A DNA stretch of 32,000 bases from Clostridia bacterium (GTDB lineage Bacteria > Bacillota > Clostridia > Lachnospirales > Lachnospiraceae), in assembly GCA_910576205.1 (NCBI GenBank), contig CAJTHL010000006.1, positions 104,432 to 136,431 on the forward strand, given 5' to 3'. The notes under the pieces were generated by a model that made no database searches, was not told the DNA's origin, and was given only the letters and a program-made list of their open reading frames with translations. The position numbers and the translations under genes are program-made. Shown here piece after piece: positions 17,388-25,425 of the stretch. Each line of letters opens with the position of its first letter. Position 1 is the first letter of the stretch.

Positions 17388-18638
17388 CTATTTTCTGGCA
17401 CGCTCCACGGCTTTGTACATAGCCATAATATTTTCCGGCGGAACGTCCGGCAGGATATTGTGCTCTGTGTTAAAGACAAATCCTCCATCCTTGTGGAAAA
17501 TCTCAATCATCCGGCTGGTGTAATCGTAAACCTCCTCAGGCGCGGCATGATTCAGAATAGAGCGGGTGTTGCAGCCGCCTCCCCAGAAGGTAATATATTT
17601 TCCAAACTCTTTTTTGAGGCGGGCCGGGTCCATCTGATAGGCTGTAGTCTGCACCGGGCTGATAATGTCGTACCCTGCGTCAATGAGATCCCCCATCACC
17701 CCGTAAATGGAGCCGCAGGAATGCAGGAAGGTTTTCATATTGCTGTGGGTATGTACATACTCGTTGAGTTTTGTGTGGTAGGGCTTAAAGAGCTCCCGGT
17801 ATTTTTCTGCAGACATAAACATATTTTTGTCCATGCCCAGGTCATCCCCGAACCGTAGAAGGTCCACCACATCCCCCACAGCCTCGCAGGTCTTTTCCAG
17901 AGAGTGCAGGTGGCGCTCCATAAGCTGCTCCACAAGCTCCTGCACGCTCTCCGGCTCCGCGTAGATATCCATAAGGAAATTTTCCATCCTCCTAAGGAAC
18001 GTGCCCCACTCAAACAAATTGCAACCACAGGTAATCATCAGTGCCCGGTCTGTGCTGGCCCTGAGCTTTATACAGCGCTCCCTGAGATCCGCGTAGAAGG
18101 CGTCCTCGGTGGGGAAATCCTTCATGTGATCCCATGGTCCATGCACCAGGGCGCTCCAGAGCACCTGCCCCATGGCATGATCCAGATCGTCAAAGTTCTC
18201 CGGATAGTCCTCTTTATATGGGAAAATGGTCTGGTCAAAGCACATGCCTCCTTTGGGCATCCGGGCAATCAGAACCCCGTCCTGGTATACGTCGTATCCG
18301 CCATCCGCCGTACGTACAGGCTTAAACCAGGCGGGCCACTGGCCGGTTTTCCCGTTGCTCAAGGTCACGTCGTACCAGTCGCTGTCCTTCTCGTTGTATA
18401 CCCTGGCCACATCCAGGGCGTCCGCTCCAATAAGGTCCAGTACGCATTCCTCCGGCTGGGCCGCCTGCTGTACCACATCGTAAATCCGGGTGTGCCCCTC
18501 CTTAATTCCCAGATATTCTTTTAAATTTGCATACGCCTGGCCGGAAATGCCTGTGCTGACATTGCTGCCCAGATCCAGGGGCAGGTAATCCGGCTCCTTG
18601 TGATTTACGGCTGCCATTACACGCTCTCTTGACGTCAT
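17388..18638 (-). CDS. URO-D-family protein (MtaA/CmuA-like fold), function unknown
   Basis: 416 aa from the ATG at 18636-18638 (MTSRERVMAAVNHKEPDYLPLDLG; GAAGGAG RBS). The track start at 18749 lies upstream of the predicted -10. Family features: N-terminal P(D)Y.P.D, C-terminal FWGGG ... HNILPDVPPENIMAMY. Confidence 0.8.
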   Translation of the reverse strand: MTSRERVMAAVNHKEPDYLPLDLGSNVSTGISGQAYANLKEYLGIKEGHTRIYDVVQQAAQPEECVLDLIGADALDVARVYNEKDSDWYDVTLSNGKTGQWPAWFKPVRTADGGYDVYQDGVLIARMPKGGMCFDQTIFPYKEDYPENFDDLDHAMGQVLWSALVHGPWDHMKDFPTEDAFYADLRERCIKLRASTDRALMITCGCNLFEWGTFLRRMENFLMDIYAEPESVQELVEQLMERHLHSLEKTCEAVGDVVDLLRFGDDLGMDKNMFMSAEKYRELFKPYHTKLNEYVHTHSNMKTFLHSCGSIYGVMGDLIDAGYDIISPVQTTAYQMDPARLKKEFGKYITFWGGGCNTRSILNHAAPEEVYDYTSRMIEIFHKDGGFVFNTEHNILPDVPPENIMAMYKAVERARK

Positions 18639-18761
18639 CTTGTCACGCTCCTTCTCTTTTTCTGATTTTCCTGGCGGAATCTTTCCCTTTTGTGCTTTCT
18701 CCCGCTCGATAGTTCCATTATAGCGGCTGAAAATGAAAAAAGGCTCCATTTCCCGAAATAT

Positions 18762-18781
18762 AAATCTAAACGTTTTGATTT
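18762..18781. promoter_or_regulatory. LacI-type palindromic operator, copy 2, in the divergent URO-D / LacI::SBP intergenic region
   Basis: Same 20-mer as 17353-17372. It lies 39 nt upstream of a minus-strand TATAAT (plus 18717-18722) and 3 bp from the -35 of the plus-strand promoter. Confidence 0.55.
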
Positions 18782-18784
18782 ATA

Positions 18785-18814
18785 TTGACGGCAAAGAGAA
18801 GCTTCTGGTATACT
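18785..18814 (+). promoter_or_regulatory. Sigma-A promoter of the LacI::SBP fusion gene (TTGACG-18-TGgTATACT)
   Basis: TTGACG at 18785-18790, TGG then TATACT at 18809-18814; AGAGGAG RBS before the ATG at 18879. Confidence 0.5.
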
Positions 18815-18878
18815 ATCTTAAGGTTTTCATGTCCACACTGCCAACAGAATGGAATAAATACAGAGGAGAAATCATACC

Positions 18879-21185
18879 ATGGCAACTTTGAAGGATGTAG
18901 CAAAAGACGCCGGCGTGTCTATCGCCACCGTTTCCTGTTATCTAAGCGGCAGCAAGCCTGTCCGGGCTTCCACCCGTCTCAAAATCCAGGAATCCATAGA
19001 AAAGCTGAAATATATCCCCAACGCGTCTGCCCGGAATCTGAAATCCCCCCAGTCCCGGCTTGTAGGAGTTGTCCTTACGGATATCGACGATTTATACCAT
19101 GCGGAGATTTTCAAGGGCATATCCAGCAGCCTGCAAAGTGAGGGGTATTCTGCCAGCGTGGCCTTCTCCAACAATCTCCCGGACAAAGAATGCACCATCA
19201 TCAATGATTTTATCAGCCAGAATGCCGCAGGGCTTCTGATTATTACCTGCCAGCCCCAGAATACGGAATTTTTCCAGAACCGGCTTCTGAATTTCCGGAT
19301 CCCCACGGTATTTCTGGAGCGGATTCCCCAGGATCTGGATGCCTGTCTGGCCGGCTTTCAAAACGAAAAGACTGCCTTTTATCTGACGGACGCCCTGCTG
19401 GAAAAAGGATACCGTCATATTGCCCTTGTGTGCGGCCCCTCCTACTTTACCTCTGAGCACGACTGTATTCTGGGCTATCAGCGGGCCTTTGCCCAGCGGG
19501 GAATTCCCTGGGACGATTCTCTTATCTGCACCACAAATATGACCCAGGAAGACGCCTTTAAGGTTGTGCTGACCACCATCAGCCGCCAGCCTTTGGACGC
19601 CGTGATCTCCTCTTCCGAAGCCATCCACTGGGGAACCCTGGAGGCACTGAAAAACAGAGGCCTTAGGGTTCCCGGCGACATCCAGCTTATGACCTTCAGC
19701 GAGGAATCCTGGAGCCAGGCTTACCGGACCGGGGGAATCCTTTACACCTCCCGGACTGCTTTCCATCTGGGCGCGTCTGCTTCCCGGCTTCTCCTAAAGC
19801 ATATCCAGGATCCGGACTGCAAAGAAAAAAGTCTGATTCTATCAGACTCCATTCTTCAGCAGAAGCTGAATCTGCCGCCGGCCAGCTCCCTATCCCGCTC
19901 TCCTTTTACCTCCCTGGGTATTTCCGTGGTCCCCTCTTACCAGCCCCAGCTTAAGATCCTGCTGGCAGACTTGACCACCGCCCACAGCATGGAACTGCTG
20001 GCAGACAATTTCACCCGGAAAACCGGCATTTCCCTGTCCTTTGACTATCTGCCCCAAAAGGAGCTCCTGTCCCATGTCTATGAACACACGGACAAGATCC
20101 ATTCCTATGATATTTATATGTATGACGTTCCCTGGCTGGATTATCTGGTTCAGAATTCCCTGCTGGCAGATCTCACGGATTTTATCAGCGGAGACAGCTT
20201 TCATACAGAATATATTTTTCCGGAAAATATGGAGAATTGCAGATGCCAGGGCCGGTATTACGGCGTCCCCCTTATCGGCGGCACCCAGGTTCTCTTTTAT
20301 CGCAAAGACCTCTTCGAGAACAGTTCCTGGCAGAAGCTTTACTATGAACAGCAGGAGGCTCATCTGAAGCCGCCCCGCACCTGGACGGAATTTAACCGCA
20401 TTGCCGCCTTTTTTACCCGTTCTGAAAATCTCGACTCCCCCACCATGTTTGGCACCTCCATGGCCGGAATCGTGGACGAGGAGCTGGCCCCGGAGCTCTG
20501 GATCCGCCTCTGGGCCATGAACGGCTGCCTGTGGGACAGCTATAACCGCCCCTGTCTGGACAGGCCGGAAAACCAGCAGGCCTTTGAGAGCGTCCTGGAT
20601 ACCCTGCGCTATACGGAGCGGCCCCCCTTCTCCACCTCCATCTCCCAGACTGTGGAGGATTTTTCCCTGGGCAAAACCGCCATGCTTATCACCTACTCGG
20701 AATACGCCGCCCAGATCAGCCGCCATATACACGAAAACATCATCGGTCAAGTGGGATATCATCTGATCCCTGGCAGGCGTCCGGCCAGCGTGGGGTGGAA
20801 TCTGGGCATGAATCCCTACTCTGCCCGGGCTTCTCTGGCATACCAGTTCTTTGACTGGCTCTGCCAGCCGGACACCAGCTTCCACATCACCATCCTGGAC
20901 GGACAATCCCCCCTCATGGCACCCTACCATAGCCTGGAGCTCCTAAAGCTGTATCCCTGGATGTCCATCACCGAGAAGAGCTTTGCCTACACGCAAAAAA
21001 GAAAGGGGCCCTACCGGAGCCGTGCCCTGGTAGTTCCCCAGAATAAGATCGAAGCTATCCTGTGCCAGACCCTCCGCCAGATCGTTCAGGAAGGCTGTTC
21101 TGTTTTCCAATCTCTCGCGGACAACCAGGAGCGGCTGCGGGGTCTTTTATTGTCGTATGGGTATCCGAGGGCGTTTACGCATTAG
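18879..21185 (+). CDS. LacI-family regulator fused to a C-terminal CUT1-type solute-binding-protein domain (cytoplasmic, 768 aa)
   Basis: aa 1-57 are a LacI HTH (ATLKDVAKDAGVSIATVSCYL ... IPNASARNLK). aa 60-326 are the LacI sugar-binding core. aa 327-356 are a Ser/Pro linker. aa 357-768 are an SBP_bac_1/8-like domain (GRYYGVPLIGGTQVLFYRKDLFEN, PRTWTEF) with no signal peptide or TM segment. Confidence 0.8.
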   Translation: MATLKDVAKDAGVSIATVSCYLSGSKPVRASTRLKIQESIEKLKYIPNASARNLKSPQSRLVGVVLTDIDDLYHAEIFKGISSSLQSEGYSASVAFSNNLPDKECTIINDFISQNAAGLLIITCQPQNTEFFQNRLLNFRIPTVFLERIPQDLDACLAGFQNEKTAFYLTDALLEKGYRHIALVCGPSYFTSEHDCILGYQRAFAQRGIPWDDSLICTTNMTQEDAFKVVLTTISRQPLDAVISSSEAIHWGTLEALKNRGLRVPGDIQLMTFSEESWSQAYRTGGILYTSRTAFHLGASASRLLLKHIQDPDCKEKSLILSDSILQQKLNLPPASSLSRSPFTSLGISVVPSYQPQLKILLADLTTAHSMELLADNFTRKTGISLSFDYLPQKELLSHVYEHTDKIHSYDIYMYDVPWLDYLVQNSLLADLTDFISGDSFHTEYIFPENMENCRCQGRYYGVPLIGGTQVLFYRKDLFENSSWQKLYYEQQEAHLKPPRTWTEFNRIAAFFTRSENLDSPTMFGTSMAGIVDEELAPELWIRLWAMNGCLWDSYNRPCLDRPENQQAFESVLDTLRYTERPPFSTSISQTVEDFSLGKTAMLITYSEYAAQISRHIHENIIGQVGYHLIPGRRPASVGWNLGMNPYSARASLAYQFFDWLCQPDTSFHITILDGQSPLMAPYHSLELLKLYPWMSITEKSFAYTQKRKGPYRSRALVVPQNKIEAILCQTLRQIVQEGCSVFQSLADNQERLRGLLLSYGYPRAFTH

Positions 21186-21204
21186 GATACTCCCTGTGAC
21201 TCCT

Positions 21205-22182
21205 TTAGGTGGTATCTCCCTTCACCAGATGTATTTCGGAAAGCATGGTATTACAGGATATCTTTTCCCCCTCTATCTTCCGGATCAAGATATCAACTAT
21301 CTGCTCCGCGATCAGATCAAAGGGCTGCTCTACATATGTCATGGTAGGATACATCAATCTTGCGATATCCCCGCCGTCATATCCTACCAGCTTTACTTCC
21401 TCCGGTATCTTCCTGCCGTTATCCAGCAGGAACTTCATGGCATTCGCAATTATAAGATCCGAGGAAAACACCCCGTCGATCTCCGGATGTTCCTTGAAGA
21501 TAGCTTCCACAATCTCATAATACCGCTCGCGCTGAAATTCATTGGCGCTCAGTTCATAATCCATACAACGGATCTCATTTTCTTTTAAGATTTCCGCAAA
21601 TACATTATTGCGGATAAATGAAGGCGTCTTAACATTAATATCTCCTTCCAGCTGGAGAACGCACTTGCAGCGGTTTCGCACAAACTCCTCCGCCGCCAGC
21701 CGGCCTCCTTTAGCATGATCCGAGGATACTGTGGGGATGGAATCACTCAGTGATACATCCAAGGCTACCACTGGCATCTCAATCGCACGATACTCTTCTG
21801 TTTTAAGCATGTGGGTTCCGATAATAATTCCATCAACTTTATTCTGAAACAGCATCTGCAGATACTCGCTCTCATAAGCGCCCCGGTCCTTTGTGTTACA
21901 GAGAAACACCTTATATCCTTTTCTGTGCAAAAGCGTTTCTATCCGCTCTGTCATTTCTGAAAAAAACGGAATTGTCACATCGGGGATCAAAAGACCTATA
22001 TAGGATGTTCGCCGGTTGTGGAAACTCCGCGCCAGCTGATTCGGCTGATAATTCAATTCTTTTATGGCGTTCTCCACTTTATCTCTTGTCTCTTGGGAGA
22101 TATATCCCCTGCTATTCATTACACGGGAGACTGTTGTTATGGAAACCCCCGCCTGTTGTGCTACCTCTTTAATCGTTATCAT
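21205..22182 (-). CDS. LacI-family transcriptional regulator
   Basis: 325 aa from the ATG at 22180-22182 (MITIKEVAQQAGVSITTVSRVMN; GAGGTG RBS). The track start at 22194 is a GTG. Classic HTH plus periplasmic-binding-like core. Confidence 0.85.
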   Translation of the reverse strand: MITIKEVAQQAGVSITTVSRVMNSRGYISQETRDKVENAIKELNYQPNQLARSFHNRRTSYIGLLIPDVTIPFFSEMTERIETLLHRKGYKVFLCNTKDRGAYESEYLQMLFQNKVDGIIIGTHMLKTEEYRAIEMPVVALDVSLSDSIPTVSSDHAKGGRLAAEEFVRNRCKCVLQLEGDINVKTPSFIRNNVFAEILKENEIRCMDYELSANEFQRERYYEIVEAIFKEHPEIDGVFSSDLIIANAMKFLLDNGRKIPEEVKLVGYDGGDIARLMYPTMTYVEQPFDLIAEQIVDILIRKIEGEKISCNTMLSEIHLVKGDTT

Positions 22183-22221
22183 GCCGCACCTCACTATCCC
22201 AAAGCCTTTTTCCGTACCAGA

Positions 22222-22250
22222 ATTTTATCACAAATCCACCCACAGCGCAA
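22222..22250 (-). promoter_or_regulatory. Candidate promoter of the LacI gene (TTGCGC-17-TGaTAAAAT)
   Basis: Minus strand: -35 TTGCGC (plus 22245-22250), 17-bp spacer ending in TGA, -10 TAAAAT (plus 22222-22227). Confidence 0.4.
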
Positions 22251-22274
22251 TTTTTCTTTCTCCATGACCACATT

Positions 22275-23168
22275 TTACAAAATATGTGTATTTTCATTGA
22301 TCTCCCGAATCTGAGTTAGGAGGCTTTCCATCCGTTCCTTAGAGGGCGCCTCAAATTTTTCCTCCTTCATACACAGGCTTTTTGCCTTATAAGTTCCATA
22401 AGCATGATAGGGCAGCAGATCGATGCGCTCGATTTTTCTTAATTCTTGGTAATAATCCAGAAATCTCCCTATATCTTCATCCCTGTCATTCAGCCCATGG
22501 ATAATAGGCATGCGGATCCAGACTCTGCCCTTCTCCAAGGCGCTGAGTTTCTTCAGATTTCTCAAAATAATCTGATTATCCACTCCTGTATAATCTCTGT
22601 GCGCCTTTCTATCCACAGTCTTTACATCGTACAAAAAAAGATCTGTGTAGGAAAGTATTTCCCGAAAGCATTCCCAGTCTACGTTACCGGCCGTATCCAC
22701 AGCCGTGTGCATTCCTTTCTCTTTTGCCTTTTTTAAAGCGGCCTTTAACTCTCCCGCCTGCAACAGCGGTTCGCCACCGGAAAAAGTAATTCCGCCTTTT
22801 CCAAATAACTGAACATCTTCCAACGCCTTCTCCAGGATCGTATCTGTATCCACATACTCTCCAACTGTCTGTAGAGCGCCCGCATAGCAATGTGACACAC
22901 ATTTCTGACACTGTGTACATTTTTCCCTTTCCAGTCTCCAATTGTCTTTTATAGTAATCGCTTCTGTGGGACATAGCCCCACACAGGTCCCGCAAAATCT
23001 ACAGCGGGATTCCAGATACTGAATCTCCTGGCTGGCATGCTGGGTTTCTGGATTATGACACCATCTGCAGGCCAGATTGCATCCTTTCAAAAAAACAGTC
23101 ATGCGGATGCCTGGCCCATCATGAATGCTAAAACGCTGTATTTTTGTGATAAAAAGCCTGTTACCCAT
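22275..23168 (-). CDS. Glycyl-radical enzyme activating enzyme (radical SAM with two auxiliary ferredoxin-like clusters)
   Basis: 297-aa ORF; CNLACRWC (CX3CX2C) at aa 30-37 after the DGPGIR motif, plus CRFCGTCVGLCP and CTQCQKCVSHC. Its start overlaps the GRE stop by 8 nt. Confidence 0.9.
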   Translation of the reverse strand: MGNRLFITKIQRFSIHDGPGIRMTVFLKGCNLACRWCHNPETQHASQEIQYLESRCRFCGTCVGLCPTEAITIKDNWRLEREKCTQCQKCVSHCYAGALQTVGEYVDTDTILEKALEDVQLFGKGGITFSGGEPLLQAGELKAALKKAKEKGMHTAVDTAGNVDWECFREILSYTDLFLYDVKTVDRKAHRDYTGVDNQIILRNLKKLSALEKGRVWIRMPIIHGLNDRDEDIGRFLDYYQELRKIERIDLLPYHAYGTYKAKSLCMKEEKFEAPSKERMESLLTQIREINENTHIL

Positions 23169-25404
23169 TTACAAATGTTCTCCCGATGATCTCATCCTGT
23201 ATCTGTGGGTCAAGCGCTGTAAAATATGCGCTGAAGCCGCATACGCGGACCACGATATTCCTATATTCCTTAGGTTTCTCTTTTGCTTTTCGCAGGGTTT
23301 CAGCATCCAGCAGATTCAAGTCCAAAGCGCTGCCTCCTGCATGCAAAAATCCTTTCAGCGTCCATTTTATATAGTCATGTCCCAGCTTTTCCTTTGTCAC
23401 AGGCATTTCCAGATAGATAACTCCTGTTCCCGGATACGCGGACAGATCAAGCTTCGACAAAGCGCTCAGTATATTGGCCGCATTGGAAATTCCGCTGATC
23501 TCCGTGGGATTCATTCCCCTGGATAGCGCCTCTCCTGCCTTTCTCCCATCTGGCGTTGCCCCCACATGTTCTTTCATCCAGTCAAAAAGATAAAACACAA
23601 AGAGGGACGCCTCATATTTTCCTCCCCGGGCATTTTGATAGCCGGACGTTACTCTGGCCGCATCCGCGAAAAAACGCCTTGCGAACTCGTTAGTATCCTT
23701 ACAGTCGTCCCCATATTTCGGACAACGATTTAAAATGTAATCCCATATCCTCTGATCCGAAGAAAAATTACTTTTCAACAGTTTACAGAACCCTTGAAAC
23801 GACAACATCTGCTTATCAAACACGATCTCTTTTATTGCCAATAAAGAATTTATCGCCGTGGCAATACCCACCAGAGGCATACTTGTGGAATTATATAGAG
23901 CGCCTCCCTCCTCCATATCCTTTCCCCGCAAAATACACTCCTCTAAAGTGGCTGAGATCAAGACGCAGGGATTATATTCTCCGGCCTGCTTTTCATAACT
24001 ATTTACTTTCTCCACCAGGCGTCGGTAAACTGCTTCCAGCCGCAGAAAATACTGCTGATAAACCTCCTCAAAGCTCTTGTAATCCTGTTTGCAGATAATC
24101 CCTGTTTTCTCTCTCTGGAAAAATCCATCCAGCTCCTTGTCCCAAAGGGTATTGACCAACTGGGGCAGACTGATATAGATAAATGCCCTGGAATTTAGCT
24201 CTGTATTGTCCAACACCGGCTCCTGGCATCCACCCGCCGAATACAGCCTGGCATGTTCCAGGCGTTTTCCCATCCGCACATGGGATTTAATGATCACATC
24301 ATCATTTAAAAAAGAAAAAATATTTTCTCCTTTTGCCACCATCTCGCTGCACTTGTTAAAATATTCTTCTGGATGTCTATTGGTAATACGCGCCTGTACC
24401 TTTGGATTCACAAATCCAAATTCATCATAGCACTCCAGGATCATGCGGCTTATATCGTTCCAGACCACCGCACCATTGGTGTCACATCCACCTATGGTAA
24501 TACTGCAGTTGGTAGACGCAAAATCACATCCCTCCAGATCCCACCGGGCGTCTGTATGGGCCAGCCAATGGGCCATATAATTTTTTGCCTTCTCATAGGT
24601 GATCCTTCCCGTGCGGATATCCCTCTCATAAAAATCAATTAATATCCGGTCCAGGTGTCCCAGAACCGCTACCGCCACGCCCTCCAGGTCAACTGCCATT
24701 TCCTTTAAGAACAATATTGCGCACAATGCTTCATAAAAGCTCTCCGCCGGATAATAAGGTACCCGCCTGGCCGCTCTCGCCAATTCACGCAGATTCTCTA
24801 CAAAATCAGGATTTCTTTCTTCAAGGGCCATACGCTCCGCTTCCCCGGCAAAGTGTTCCGCTATCTGTTTCATGGAAGCACACATAGTCAGCACGCTCCT
24901 ATAAAAGGCCCGCTTCCTCTCATCGGATTCCACTTCTAAATGGCCGGCCGCCTGTCTCTCTATCTCCACAAACCCTGTGGCAAGGATCCGCTCATAACCC
25001 ATAGTGTGATGGGCCATATCCGTAAACACACATCCCCAGATCAGGTCCTGATCCTGGTAGGGAGCGATCCATTTCTGAAACCCATCCAGAACCGGCTGCG
25101 TCTTTCTGGTAAACCAGCCCTCAAATCCCGGGCCTGGCGGATATCCGTTCTGACTGGTATTTCGCTCCCTCCCGGAGATAAGCTCAAAGAAAAACGGGGA
25201 GCTGCGAAACACCTTCACCTTGCAAAGCCGGGCCGCCCCTTTATATACCAGGGCTTTTTTCTCATAAGAATAAGGTGTTTCCAGATGGTCCAGCCATTGA
25301 TCCATCTCCCTCTGCTCTTCTGAGAGATCATAAGGCATTTTTTCATAGTATTCTCTAAACTCCCGAAACAATATCTCCTTATACTTTTTAAAATCACTGG
25401 CCAT
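23161..25404 (-). CDS. Glycyl-radical enzyme, uncharacterised clade (Cys-x-Glu eliminase-type active-site loop)
   Basis: 747-aa ORF; C-terminal glycyl-radical motif VRVCGFSAYF (Gly723, codon 23236-23238); thiyl loop FLNDD..YSAGGCQEP (Cys393, 24226-24228; Glu395, 24220-24222); GATPDGR motif at aa 615-621. Confidence 0.9.
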   Translation of the reverse strand: MASDFKKYKEILFREFREYYEKMPYDLSEEQREMDQWLDHLETPYSYEKKALVYKGAARLCKVKVFRSSPFFFELISGRERNTSQNGYPPGPGFEGWFTRKTQPVLDGFQKWIAPYQDQDLIWGCVFTDMAHHTMGYERILATGFVEIERQAAGHLEVESDERKRAFYRSVLTMCASMKQIAEHFAGEAERMALEERNPDFVENLRELARAARRVPYYPAESFYEALCAILFLKEMAVDLEGVAVAVLGHLDRILIDFYERDIRTGRITYEKAKNYMAHWLAHTDARWDLEGCDFASTNCSITIGGCDTNGAVVWNDISRMILECYDEFGFVNPKVQARITNRHPEEYFNKCSEMVAKGENIFSFLNDDVIIKSHVRMGKRLEHARLYSAGGCQEPVLDNTELNSRAFIYISLPQLVNTLWDKELDGFFQREKTGIICKQDYKSFEEVYQQYFLRLEAVYRRLVEKVNSYEKQAGEYNPCVLISATLEECILRGKDMEEGGALYNSTSMPLVGIATAINSLLAIKEIVFDKQMLSFQGFCKLLKSNFSSDQRIWDYILNRCPKYGDDCKDTNEFARRFFADAARVTSGYQNARGGKYEASLFVFYLFDWMKEHVGATPDGRKAGEALSRGMNPTEISGISNAANILSALSKLDLSAYPGTGVIYLEMPVTKEKLGHDYIKWTLKGFLHAGGSALDLNLLDAETLRKAKEKPKEYRNIVVRVCGFSAYFTALDPQIQDEIIGRTFVNG

Positions 25405-25425
25405 TTTGTATTACCTCCTGTTGTG

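Noticed and set aside
18639-18749. N-terminal extensions in the ORF track (URO-D start at 18749, permease 16989, ATPase remnant 12026, LacI 22194, orphan ORF 9962, adk 31901)
   Set aside because: The internal ATGs have canonical GGAGG-type RBSs. The extended starts are TTG/GTG codons or lack an RBS, overlap upstream genes or predicted promoters, and add residues foreign to the protein families.
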